From Balanoglossus misakiensis (lineage: Eukaryota > Animalia > Hemichordata), in contig CM082588.2 of NCBI GenBank assembly GCA_040954595.2, positions 7,672,844-7,736,843 on the forward strand: 64,000 nucleotides of DNA. Direction: 5' to 3'. Both the position numbers and the translations under genes were made by a program. The notes under the pieces are model-generated. The model was not told the origin of the DNA. It saw nothing but the letters and a program-made list of their open reading frames with translations, and did no database searches. Below are positions 28,599 to 41,747 of this stretch, piece after piece (the first letter of the stretch is position 1; the number at the start of each line of letters is the position of its first letter).

Positions 28599-31500
28599 AT
28601 GGCGACCGGTGGTGCATTTTTAACTACAGCCGAGAAGGTGAATCATGCTAGACTTTGTCGACTACTTATTGACGGTGGAACTAAAGCGGTGAGATGTGTA
28701 TTTGACAGCAAGATTCCACCTAATGTGCTTGCGAAAACTCTTAAAAAGCGTAGGGCATCGTTAAAGAAACTACGAATGTCGTATAGAGGACCTAATCCGG
28801 GTCCAAAAGTTATCAGTGATGGTCAGTGGGATCTGTTATACCCAACCCATCCCAACCTTGTCAAGTCTGAACATTTCGACATTACATTGCTCATAGTTTT
28901 ATTACGGAATATCTGTGGCCTTCGACATCCAAGAGATAGAGTATGGACACATCCCTCCCCTAGTGATCTCCGTGTTGAAGCTGATGTGACCCGAATAAGA
29001 GAGTTCAGGAATAGACTTCAACACATGACGGGCACAGCTGTCCCTGAGAGCGAATTTCAATCTTTCTGGGATGACATTAGTAAAGTATTGGTACGTCTTG
29101 GCGCTAAGCAGGGAGATATCGATCAGTTGAAGACTGCGAGTATGGACCTTGCTGAGACAGACAAATACGAACAAACTTTAAAGGACTGGCAAGAATCCGA
29201 CATGCTGGAAGAGAAAGTTGATAAGATATCAGAGACACAGAGTGGCCATAGCAGTACTTTGGCTGATATCGAACAGAACCAACGGGAGAACCAACAAGAA
29301 ACGACTCAACATCTTGATAAGATATCAGAGACACAGAGTGGCCATAGCAGTACTTTGGCTGATATCGAACAGAATCAACGGGAGAACCAACAAGAAACGA
29401 CTCAATATCTTGGTCAGATATCAGAGAGACAGAGTGGCCATAGCAGTACTTTGGCTGATATCGAACAGAACCAACGGGAGAACCAACAAGAAACAACTCA
29501 ACATCTTGGTCAGATATCAGAGACACAGAGTGACCATAGCAGTACTTTGGCTGATATCGAACAGAACCAACGGGAGAACCAACAAGAAACGACTCAACAT
29601 CTGGGTCAGATATCAGAGAGACAGAGTGACCATAGCAGTACTTTGGCTGATATCGAACAGAAACAACGGGAGAACCAACAAGAAACGACTCAACATCTTG
29701 GTCAGATATCAGAGACACAGAGTGGCCATAGCAGTACTTTGGCTGATATCGAACAGAACCAACAAGAAACGACTCAACATCTTGGTCAGATATCAGAGAC
29801 ACAGAGTGGCCATAGCAGTACTTTGGCTGATATCGAACAGAACCAACAAGAAACGACTCAACATCTTGGTCAGATATCAGAGACACAGAGTGGCCATAGC
29901 AGTACTTTGGCTGATATCGAACAGAACCAACAAGAAACGATTCAACATCTGGTTGACATCAAAGAAGGCCTCAAGACTTCACATACCAGTGAGTCAAGAA
30001 CATGTGTTCCAGGTAATAATTAAGATGGAGAAGTGGAATTCATTTCTATGGCTGAAATCTACGACATTATAGCTTTTTTATAATTTGTATAATTTTTGGT
30101 CAAACTTAATTGTTCCTTTATGGTCTCATAAATTATAAGTGCAGATAAGAATTCATATTCCAACTTGGTCAGATGACCCTGAGGGCCAATCTGGGTTAGC
30201 TCATTTCACATCTCAAGTCTTACGTCATAATCATACATCGCATAGACCATCATAAGCAAGTTTTATACTTATTTTTGCAATATATGAGAATGGGAATAAT
30301 CAGGAAATCAAGATAATTACAATTCCACTTTTCTGGGGAGTCCAAAATCTTGTTAGGTGGTGACATGTTGGGTTTTTGCTGCCAGTTATCTTAAAGGGAC
30401 AAAGATTCTCTCTCACTTCCCCTTTTCCATTAATAATGTTTGATACATGACACTGTTTATATTATTCTACATGTGGGTATATACAGTGATTCAACGTTCG
30501 ACCGCACACAACTTCCATCCCACTTGTATGATATGAGAGCAACAAATCTCGCCAAAATGAATATGGTCGAATGTTGATTCACTATATATCCACATGTAGA
30601 ATAACATAAACAGTGTCTTGTATCAAATATAATTAATGGAAAAGGGGCAGCGAGAAAGAGACTTTAATGTCCCTTTAATGGTGACATCATCGTTGCTTAG
30701 TTTAAAAAAAAGATTCTGTTGTACACCACCATTAAAAATAACTTTTTCTATAAATTCTCTCCTTTATCTCAAGATGCTTCCTGTGCTTGGTGCAACTGTA
30801 AGAGTGATAATCTCAATCTATAAATTCTCTCCTTTATCTCAAGATGCTTCCTGTGCTTGGTGCAACTGTAAGAGTGATAATCTCAAGAAGTTTATACGCT
30901 GTTGTGCAGTGATGTATTGTGGGAAAGACTGTCAGGACCAACACTGGAGGAAAGGTCACAGAGAAGAATGCAAAGGTACAATTGATCTTTTTCTGAACTC
31001 CACGTGACCCCACGAGATTTCACGTAGCCACAGACAAAGAGAAAAACAGACTAGCAACGCTATTGTCAAAAGGCGTGAAGTACACCTCCTAATCCCCCTA
31101 TACGTGTCTCGGCTGGCCTTCAAGGTGCAGCTTGTCTCCGAAGATTTCCGAACGTATCCACTTCGGCAATGTCCGGAATTTTCGTGATAATAAAACGAAA
31201 GTGTTTTCGTGAAAGTTTGTGCTGTTGTTGTCAGTCAGCTGTAGACGGAAGGCGAGTGGACAGCGAAATTTTGGGGAAGTTTGAGCATCGGAGAGATGAG
31301 TTTGACCATTTTAATAAAAAATTATGAATATATAATAAGTGTTTGATCGTAAATTTGAAAAGGTTTAATCATCAATCTCGATTTTTTTGGAATGGATTCC
31401 TGTTCGCCGAATCGTGTTCTGTAAACTTGCATGGGATGTAGATGCAAATTTTACTTCTAACGTGTAAATCAAGTGTCAATCGTGAAGTAGTGTTTCAGTC

Positions 31501-34500
31501 GAGTCCTGAGTGCAAAGCTGTGTTAGGCAAGGTTCTGCAGCTGTCGATAATGACGCAACCGCAAAGTTTTCTGGGAAGTCTCTGCGGTGTCTAACCCATT
31601 TGAAACCTATTGTTTGCCGTTGTTTGCCGAGGTGGACAAAACATCAAAGGGACATGCCGTGTTGCTAGTCTGTTTTTTCTCTTTGTCTGTGACGTAGCTA
31701 CATGTAAGCAATTTATATGGGAGGACATTCCCCTGGCACAGGGCAAACACTAACACATGTCCCACCATATTCAATGGCACAAACAATTTCCTTTTTTGTT
31801 AAACTCTGCACCTCTTCTAATTTCTTAGCTACCAACCCGTTGATATAGTAACTAACCAAGTCTCAGGAGATTTCTCAATGAGCTGGAAATCATCATTGTT
31901 AAAGTCTGAACCTATATTCTAGTTACATACCAAGCTAGATAGTATGAAAATATTCACAAACACCTTTTAGTACATGTAAGAACTTATAAATAAGATACTG
32001 AAAATTTCCATGTTTCACGCATAATGTTTGTATTCTCATGTGCTGAGCTGTCTGTCAAAAAGCTGGGGGTAATCACGACATGACCCTGCCTATGTGGGAC
32101 ACAATATGTGGTTCATATACTACGGTAGTTGTGGGTCATATGCTTCTAGTATACCATATGTAACCCCTGACTATATTATACTTAGTACAATGATGTTTTA
32201 CAGCTTGTACTAAATCTGCAATGCAAAAGTCATATCATCAATGTTTAATTGTTTTTCTACAGATACTTCTGCAGGGTTTGAGTGGCTTAAAGACAATCTC
32301 AAAAATTTGTACAGCCATGACTTTGACAAGTTCCAACCTCTGCCATGGAATGAAAACTTCTCACTCCATTTATCTGAAGTGTATACCCGACTGAAGATGG
32401 GAGAGGTTGATGAAAGGGGTAAGCGCTTGCGCACCAATGACAATGAAGCAAATGACTCTGTTGTTCGTGAAAATGCAATATTTGAAGCAGATAGAAAAGG
32501 AGTGAGACCACGTAGAATAAGAATTGAAGGACCTCCAGCTATTGGCAAGTCAATGTTTTCTAGAAAGCTAGCCTACAACTGGGCTTGTGGAAAATTAGAG
32601 CAATTTAAATTAGTCTTTCTGTTGAAAATGAGATATACGAGTAAAGAATCAATCATAGAAACCATATTTGATCAATTACTTCCTGATGATGCAGAAATTT
32701 CCAGAGATGAGCTTGACAAGGTTCTGAAAAGGAATGCAGATTCTGTGCTGTTCCTCTGTGATGGTTTGGATGAAATGTGTAAGGATTTCAAGGAAAGTTC
32801 CGATATTAGTCGGATTATTGCAAAGAAATTATTGCTAGGATGTACAGTAGCTATCACAACCAGGCCCCATGAATGTGACACACAGCTGAAAAACTGTGAT
32901 TCACATTATCACATACAGGGCTTCACAAAGAGTGATTGTAGGGAATATATCAGGAAGTACTTCAAGCATGAGTCTGAGACTGGTGAGAATTTGATCACAA
33001 ATTTAGAACAAAACCTCAAGTTTAAATGGTTGGATGATTTCCTTAGTAATCCCTTACATGTTTCATTTCTTTGTGTACTGTGGGAGGATCATCAAGGTGG
33101 TGACCATTTCCCAACTAGAGTGACAGAGTTGTATTTTGAATTATTGAAGTGTATTTTGAAGAGGTATTGTTCCAAGACTGGAGTCTGTCTTGATGAACAA
33201 GGAGAAGTACCCGTTGATATCATGGCTGATGTAAATAAACTGGCTGCCATTGCTTATAATTATCTGAAACAGGGCAAAATACTCATAAATGAGGTAGATG
33301 TGATGCCATCATGGCTCTTGTCACTAGGGTTACTTGTGCGTGATTGCGGTGTATCTCGCACAAAACCAAAGAAAGTTTGTTTCTTCTGTCACAAAACTTG
33401 GCTGGAATATTTTGCTGCTTTACATATTGCTGAATGTGTGAAGGATACTGCTTCCTTTGATGAGTTTCAATTTCTATCTGACAACATTCACCGCAATTTC
33501 CAAGTCTTTGTATTTCTGACTGGCACTCTGAAGGAGAAAGCTGGTCCAGTATTTAAGGAAATTGGGATGCAGACGTGCAAGTCTGCAGATGATGCTAACT
33601 TAATAGGCAAAATGAACCGCTATATAGATTTCTTACATGAAAGTGTCAATTATCAAGCATTTTTGAAATTCATAGAACCCATCCTTTATCAATTTGAGCG
33701 TTTCATTTGTAATTCTTCATTTTATTATAGAGCAACAACAATGGCTATAATTTCTATGTCTTCACCATCACTATATTTTCTAAGTGACGATTTGAATTTT
33801 CGTGCATTGTATTATTCAGATAGTTACTTGATGATAATCATTGATATGCTGAAGTATGAACACTCACATGAAAGTAGACCTAAATTTTATAACAATCTTG
33901 AGATAAATATCAACAATATGCAATCATCAGCGATATCTTATTTAGCAGAGGCACTGGAGAAGAATCTTATTTCTCTTGAATGGCTTGTGTTGAATGTGAC
34001 TTCATCCAGTGACAAGAATCTGCTTCAGTTGGCAAAAGCTATCAGAGAAACCAAAGCGGTACAAAACATTCAGATCATTGTAGATGATAGGGATAATGTT
34101 GTTGACAGCACTCCCAATGAAAAATGTAAGCAAGGCACCTCAAATAAAGAAACATACTTGACATCACATATTCTAAGAAACCTTATCGATAATGCTGTGA
34201 AAAATAAGCATATTGATTGTTTGTCCTTGCATACAGTTGACCTGTCTGACAATCAACGGGAGAATATTGATAACATTGTTCCATATAAGTCATTGAAACA
34301 GGCCAGGCACTTTCATAATATTGTGGAAACCAAAACAGGTGTAAATAGCGTATTATTGAAAGTTGCTGATATGCTTGAACACTGTCAATCTACCAAGGTT
34401 TGTCATTTTGTACTTTTTGATGGTGTCAGATATTCTGCCATTGAGGGCAGTACTGCAAGAGCTTTGTTAACAGCCATTCAAAATATCAGCACAACAATTA

Positions 34501-35117
34501 AATCTCTTGGCTTGTTTGTCACATCAGAATTTTCAGATGTACTGGAAGATTGTGTTGTTTCATCTGGATTTTTGACAATATCTCATGTTGTGAATGAGAT
34601 TTTACACATTTTGATGTCTAACACCACATTAGAGGATCTTAAGTTATTTATAGAGAATGAAAATGTTGATGCTGTATCGAAGTTTATTCAATGTAATAAG
34701 AATGTCAAGTCACTGTCCTTTGCTCTGTATCAGTCCAGAATGAGCATAGACCATTTATGTTCAGCTCTCGGTGCTGCTTTGAGTTCCAATACAACTCTGG
34801 AAAGCTTTGCGCTGGAGTTTTGTTATGAGTTTGATATACTTTTTGGTAACCCTGAACTTTCCACTGAGCAGAAGTATATTAGTCAATGGATTTTAGCAAC
34901 ACATAGGTTATTGTGTGGTGGAAAAACTGCATTGAAGACGATTTCATTTACTTTTCCATCATATAGTCCAAAACGCAGGGATGACATTGTCAATGTCATG
35001 ACCGAGTATTTTAAAGGAAATGTTTCAGGGTCATACCAATACACTGTGAAGAGGACAATCAAGATCTTTTCTAACATGTATATTCACGTTCTGAAAGTAT
35101 CGATCAGTGAACCCTAG
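28599..35117 (+). CDS. NLR-like gene copy 1 (~1466 aa): HEPN_DZIP3 - 8 heptad repeat units - MYND-like finger - NACHT - LRR-like
   Basis: Exons 28599-30012, 30844-30975, 32263-35117 (phase 1/1). HEPN motifs FDITLL..LLRNICGL and RIREFRNRLQH; MYND YCGKDCQ..HW..GHREEC; Walker A GPPAIGKS, Walker B LFLCDGLDE, TTRP, NPL, FCHKTWLEYFAA. Confidence 0.9.
29223..29950 (+). repeat. Coding VNTR, 84/96-bp units, 8 copies
   Basis: QISETQSGHSSTLADIEQNQ(RENQ)QETTQHLG. Confidence 0.95.
31029..31691. mobile_element. Non-autonomous P-element-like insertion in intron 2 of copy 1
   Basis: TIR cacagacaaagagaaaaacagactagcaac ... gttgctagtctgttttttctctttgtctgtg, 7-bp TSD ACGTAGC; empty site in copies 2-4. Confidence 0.85.
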
Positions 35118-35289
35118 ACAATGCTGAATGCCACATTTGCATAAGATGCATTCTGCTATATAGGGGAAACTCCATGAAAAATTGTAAACTTTAAAAATTT
35201 TTTTATATACACTTAATTTAAGGTACAGATATAAAATATACCAGGTAATAGACTATACTACAGACATCAATGCTTGCACAGTTAGACAA

Positions 35290-35700
35290 ACTGACGAGGA
35301 ATTTTCAACATACTGTATCCAGATGGAAATATAATCAATTTACTAGGGACACAAAGTGAACAAATAAACCAAATTTGATTTGTTCACTTTATAACAGTAC
35401 TAGAATCAAATATTTACCACTAAGTGTTTTTCTTGACCAGAACTATGACAAATTCAAAAGGCTTATAAGTTCCACAGATTTACAGGTATTATTGAATATT
35501 TGAAAGTTATGTTTATAAAGCTATGGCTGTGAGAAGAACAGCCACTTATAGGATGAATAATATTGTTCAACTTTCTTTGTATTTGTGTAGTCAGCATTCA
35601 CTTTGTATTTGTGTGATGTATTACTTTATTTGAGAACTGGATGTTCTCTTTGCATTTGGACCTGAGGTCTTGAAACGCAATAAATTACTTTTATTATTAC
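35290..35700 (+). mobile_element. 3' end of a non-LTR retrotransposon (RT C-terminus + 3'UTR), also present after copies 2 and 3
   Basis: Remnant LICSLYNSTRIKYLP...NYDKFKRLMSSTDL.VLLNICKYVYKAMAVR (clearest in copies 2/3), then AATAAA and a (TAT)n tail. Confidence 0.6.
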
Positions 35701-37171
35701 TGGCTGTGAGAAGAGCAGCCACTTGCCACTCATAGAGTGTATAATATTGTTCAACTTTCTTTGTATTTGTGTAGTCAGCATTCACTTTGTATTTGTGTGA
35801 TGTATTACTTTATTTGAGAACTGGATGTTCTCCTTGCATTTGGACCTGAGGTCTTGAAACGCAATAAATTACTATTATTATTACTGGCTGTGAGAAGAGC
35901 AGCCACTTGCCACTCATAGAGTGTATAATATTGTTCAACTTTCTTTGTATTTGTGTAGTCAGCATTCACTTTGTATTTGTGTGATGTATTACTTTATTTG
36001 AGAACTGGATGTTCTCCTTGCATTTGGACCTGAGGTCTTCAAACGCAATAAATTACTATTATTATTACTGGCTGTGAGAAGAACAGCCACTTGCCACTCA
36101 TAGAGTGTATAATATTGTTCAACTTTCTTTGTATTTGTGTAGTCTGCATTCACTTTGTATTTGTGTGATGTATTACTTTATTTGAGAACTGGATGTTCTC
36201 TTTGCATTTGGACCTGAGGTCTTGAAATGCAATAAATTACTTTTATTATTACTGGCTGTGAGAAGAGCAGCCACTTGCCACTCATAGAGTGTATAATATT
36301 GTTCAACTTTCTTTGTATTTGTGTAGTCTGCATTCACTTTGTATTTGTGTGATGTATTACTTTATTTGAGAACTGGATGTTCTCCTTGCATTTTGACCTG
36401 AGGTCTTGAAATGCAATAAATTACTTTTATTATTACTGGCTGTGAGAAGAGCAGCCACTTGCCACTCATAGAGTGTATAATATTGTTCAACTTTCTTTGT
36501 ATTTGTGTAGTCTGCATTCACTTTGTATTTGTGTGATGTATTACTTTATTTGAGAACTGGATGTTCTCCTTGCATTTTGACCTGAGGTCTTGAAATGCAA
36601 TAAATTACTTTTATTATTACTGGCTGTGAGAAGAGCAGCCACTTGCCACTCATAGAGTGTATAATATTGTTCAACTTTCTTTGTATTTGTGTAGTCTGCA
36701 TTCACTTTGTATTTGTGTGATGTATTACTTTATTTGAGAACTGGATGTTCTCTTTGCATTTGGACCTGAGGTCTTGAAATGCAATAAATTACTTTTATTA
36801 TTACTGGCTGTGAGAAGAGCAGCCACTTGCCACTCATAGAGTGTATAATATTGTTCAACTTTCTTTGTATTTGTGTAGTCTGCATTCACTTTGTATTTGT
36901 GTGATGTATTACTTTATTTGAGAACTGGATGTTCTCTTTGCATTTGGACCTGAGGTCTTGAAATGCAATAAATTACTTTTATTATTACTGGCTGTGAGAA
37001 GAGCAGCCACTTGCCACTCATAGAGTGTATAATATTGTTCAACTTTCTTTGTATTTGTGTAGTCTGCATTCACTTTGTATTTGTGTGATGTATTACTTTA
37101 TTTGAGAACTGGATGTTCTCCTTGCATTTTGACCTGAGGTCTTGAAATGCAATAAATTACTATAATTATTA
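35524..37171 (+). repeat. ~184-bp tandem repeat, 9 units (2 units at the paralogous sites ~47566-47930 and ~55851-56212)
   Basis: Unit tggctgtgagaagagcagccac...gcaataaattacttttattattac. Confidence 0.92.
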
Positions 37172-38380
37172 CGAAGGACACAATTTGTATGTAAGGAAAT
37201 ATGTGGAGAGTAGCAGAATATTTATTTAAACCAAGTGACACACTTTTGTAAGACACATTCCTGTACAGATTCAATTTAGTTCTGTTTCTTACCTCTGTGC
37301 AAAAATGCCAACATTTGCTGGAAATTGTACGAAACTTATCAAGTTTGGAGATGGCACAACAAGAGTTTATATATCTTAACTCCTTGTTATACATTTGCTT
37401 ATTTCTATTTATTTCTTCACTTTATTATTTTTTATTGAAACGTTTTTTTCTTAATTTCTATAGATATATGTAAATGAGTCTTGTTCTACTTGGTCTTTTT
37501 TTAAATAAATATAGTCTGAGAAGAAAGCAATCCTGAAAAATCTGTTTTCTTTATTTTAATTAAAACAGGATGAATAAAAAGATCGAAAGGTTGTATTATG
37601 TAAAGCAAGGGGAACATAATGTTAAACGAATGTAAAAGTGTGACTCTAGTGCAACTAATGCAAAATATATTTAAATGACAAAGTCTCTCTTGTTGCCCCT
37701 TTTTTACATTAATTAGGTTAAATACAAGACACCATTATGATATCCTACATACCGATATATAGTGCATCAACGTTCCACTACACACAACTTCCATCCCACT
37801 TATCGACATGAGAGTGAAAAACTCGCCAAAATGAATAATCGGTCTCAATAAATTACTAAATAGAGCAATGTCTAGGAGTCTTCTCAAAACATTGTTGCAC
37901 ATGGCCAGATCACATGATTGATAATAAAGAATATATTCATCGATATCGTCACACATATCGCTTAAAATGATGTGACTTTTTTAGAGTGCATGTCTACAAA
38001 ACCAAGACTTTTATCATTCAGATGTACTCAAGGCATTCTGTTTTATATCTTCAAATTTGTTCCATTAAAATCCTACACACAGTTTTACTACAATAATTAT
38101 ATACAATATATTGCTTACACAAACCCTTCACACTTGAGCTGTACAGTGCTTTCGTCAGCGTCAAAGCCAAAATGTTAGTATTGACTCCACAAATACTGCA
38201 ACTCAACCAACATTACATTTCGAAAACTTGTTGATGAGGTCATCAACATAGACATAAATAAATATGGGAAAGTACACCTCCTTAACCTAACTACACGGAT
38301 ACATAGAGGAATGCCCTATTACCATTTTGACCTATCTGAAGTCAAATGCCATGAATATATTCAGGCGAAAACGAGGTTGA

Positions 38381-38391
38381 GGGGATTCCCC
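38381..38391 (+). promoter_or_regulatory. NF-kB site upstream of NLR copy 2
   Basis: GGGGATTCCCC, a canonical kB motif ~480 bp before the ATG. Confidence 0.55.
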
Positions 38392-39684
38392 GATGATATC
38401 ACCATTACGGACAACCATATATTTATTTTTGTTTATATGTACTTGCATACTAGTATTTTGCGCCAATGTTAGTGGCCTTCACATTTGAAATCGTAGCCCC
38501 CAAATCATCGATTTGTTGGACTTTTCTACCCATATGATATAAAGTTACGAGAAACTTCATCTGATTGTATCATTCTAACCACTTAACTCTAGCACTCAAA
38601 ATATTTCAAGTGAGTTTCACATATACATATACATGGAACGGTAAGGCCACTGTGCCAAGCCTCTGTTTGTCATAGTTTAGAGTTCAGACTGCGTGTTTGT
38701 GATTTGCACACAGAGTTGGAATTTGCGCCTGGTTTTAGCAAATGTGAACATTTTAGTGTATCACCAACACTGTTCGAGTTAATCTTGGAAGTGGAGATCT
38801 TCATATATCTGCGCCCAAGTGCTTCCAGAACTGGAGGCAAGTTGTGTTTTGTGATATCGTACAAAGATGGCGACCGGTGGTGCATTTTTAACTACAGCCG
38901 AGAAGGTGAATCACGCTAGACTTTGTCGACTACTTATCGACGGTGGAACTAAAGCGGTGAGATGTGTATTTGACAGCAAGATTCCACCTAATTGTAATTG
39001 TAATTGATTTATTTTATCGAATGAAAAAATTATATGCATATGAATATTGGAACAAAGAAAAAGATAAAATACTATTCATCCGATATGGTCACGGAATTAG
39101 TTCGATAATGTGCACCTAATGCGCTTGCATTAGCACCTAATGTGCTTGCAAACACCCTTAACAACCATAAGGCGTCGTTAGTAAGAATACGAATGTCGTA
39201 TAAAGGACCTAATCCAGGTCAAAAGGTTATCAGTGATGGTCAGTGGGATCTGTTATACCCAACCCAACCCAACCTTGTCAAGTCTGAAGACTTCGACATT
39301 ACATTGCTCACAGTTTTATTACGGAATATCTGTGGCCTTCGACATCCAAGAGATAGAGTATGGACACATCCCTCCCCTGGTGATCTCCGTGTTGAAGCTG
39401 ATGTGGCCCGAATAAGAGAGTTCAGGAATAGACTTCAACACATGACGGGCACAGCTGTCCCTGACAGCGAATTTCAATCTTTCTGGGATGACATTAGTAA
39501 AGTATTGGTACGTCTTGGCGCTAAGCAGGGAGATATCGATCAGTTGAAGACTGCGAGTATGGACCTTGCTGAGACAGACAAATACGAACAAACTTTAAAG
39601 GACTGGGAAGAATCCGACATGGTGCTGGAAAAGTTCCTACAGCGTATAGAAGAGAAAATTGGCGATCAAACTCGTCAGCTTGGT

Positions 39685-41712
39685 CAGATATCAGAGAGAC
39701 AGAGTGACCATAGCAGTATTTTGGCTGATATCGAACAGAACCAACGGGAGAACCAACAAGAAACGACTCAACATCTTGGTCAGATATCAGAGAGACAGAG
39801 TGGCCATAGCAGTATTTTGGCTGATATCGAACAGAACCAACAAGAAACGACTCAACATCTTGGTCAGATATCAGAGAAACAGATTGGCCATAGCAGTACT
39901 TTGGCTGATATCGAACAGAACCAACAAGAAACGACTCAAAATCTTGGTCAGATATCAGAGACACAGAGTGGCCATAGCAGTACTTTGGCTGATATCGAAC
40001 AGAACCAACGGGAGAACCAACAAGAAACGACTCAACATCTTGGTCAGATATCAGAGAGACAGAGTGGCCATAGCAGTATTTTGGCTGATATCGAACAGAA
40101 CCAACAAGAAACGACTCAACATCTTGGTCAGATATCAGAGACACAGAGTGGCCATAGCAGTACTTTGGCTGATATCGAACAGAACCAACAAGAAACGACT
40201 CAACATCTTGGTCAGATATCAGAGAAACAGAGTGGCCATAGCAGTATTTTGGCTGATATCGAACAGAACCAACAAGAAACGACTCAACATCTTGGTCAGA
40301 TATCAGAGAAACAGATTGGCCATAGCAGTACTTTGGCTGATATCGAACAGAACCAACAAGAAACGACTCAACATCTTGGTCAGATATCAGAGAAACAGAT
40401 TGGCCATAGCAGTACTTTGGCTGATATCGAACAGAACCAACAAGAAACGACTCAACATCTTGGTCAGATATCAGAGACACAGACTGGCCATAGCAGTACT
40501 TTGGCTGATATCGAACAGAACCAACGGGAGAACCAACAAGAAACGACTCAACATCTTGGTCAGATATCAGAGACACAGACTGGCCATAGCAGTACTTTGG
40601 CTGATATCGAACAGAACCAACGGGAGAACCAACAAGAAACGACTCAACATCTTGGTCAGATATCAGAGAGACAGAGTGGCCATAGCAGTATTTTGGCTGA
40701 TATCGAACAGAACCAACAAGAAACGACTCAACATCTTGGTCAGATATCAGAGAGACAGAGTGGCCATAGCAGTACTTTGGCTGATATCGAACAGAACCAA
40801 CAAGAAACGACTCAACATCTTGGTCAGATATCAGAGAAACAGATTGGCCATAGCAGTACTTTGGCTGATATCGAACAGAACCAACAAGAAACGACTCAAC
40901 ATCTTGGTCAGATATCAGAGAAACAGATTGGCCATAGCAGTATTTTGGCTGATATCGAACAGAACCAACAAGAAACGACTCAACATCTTGGTCAGATATC
41001 AGAGAAACAGATTGGCCATAGCAGTACTTTGGCTGATATCGAACAGAACCAACAAGAAACGACTCAACATCTTGGTCAGATATCAGAGAAACAGATTGGC
41101 CATAGCAGTACTTTGGCTGATATCGAACAGAACCAACGGGAGAACCAACAAGAAACGACTCAACATCTTGGTCAGATATCAGAGAAACAGATTGGCCATA
41201 GCAGTACTTTGGCTGATATCGAACAGAACCAACGGGAGAACCAACAAGAAACGACTCAACATCTTGGTCAGATATCAGAGACACAGACTGGCCATAGCAG
41301 TACTTTGGCTGATATCGAACAGAACCAACGGGAGAACCAACAAGAAACGACTCAACATCTTGGTCAGATATCAGAGAAACAGATTGGCCATAGCAGTATT
41401 TTGGCTGATATCGAACAGAACCAACAAGAAACGACTCAACATCTTGGTCAGATATCAGAGAGACAGAGTGGCCATAGCAGTACTTTGGCTGATATCGAAC
41501 AGAACCAACAAGAAACGACTCAACATCTTGGTCAGATATCAGAGAAACAGATTGGCCATAGCAGTACTTTGGCTGATATCGAACAGAACCAACAAGAAAC
41601 GACTCAACATCTTGGTCAGATATCAGAGAAACAGATTGGCCATAGCAGTATTTTGGCTGATATCGAACAGAACCAACGGGAGAACCAACAAGAAACGACT
41701 CAACATCTTGGT
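39685..41712 (+). repeat. Coding VNTR, 23 units (15 x 84 bp + 8 x 96 bp)
   Basis: 2028 bp = 23x84 + 8x12. Confidence 0.95.
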
Positions 41713-41747
41713 CAGATATCAGAGACACTGGTTGACATCAAAGAAGG

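Noticed and set aside
39685-41712. CRISPR-like regular repeat array
   Set aside because: No unique spacers, in-frame coding, eukaryotic context, no cas genes.
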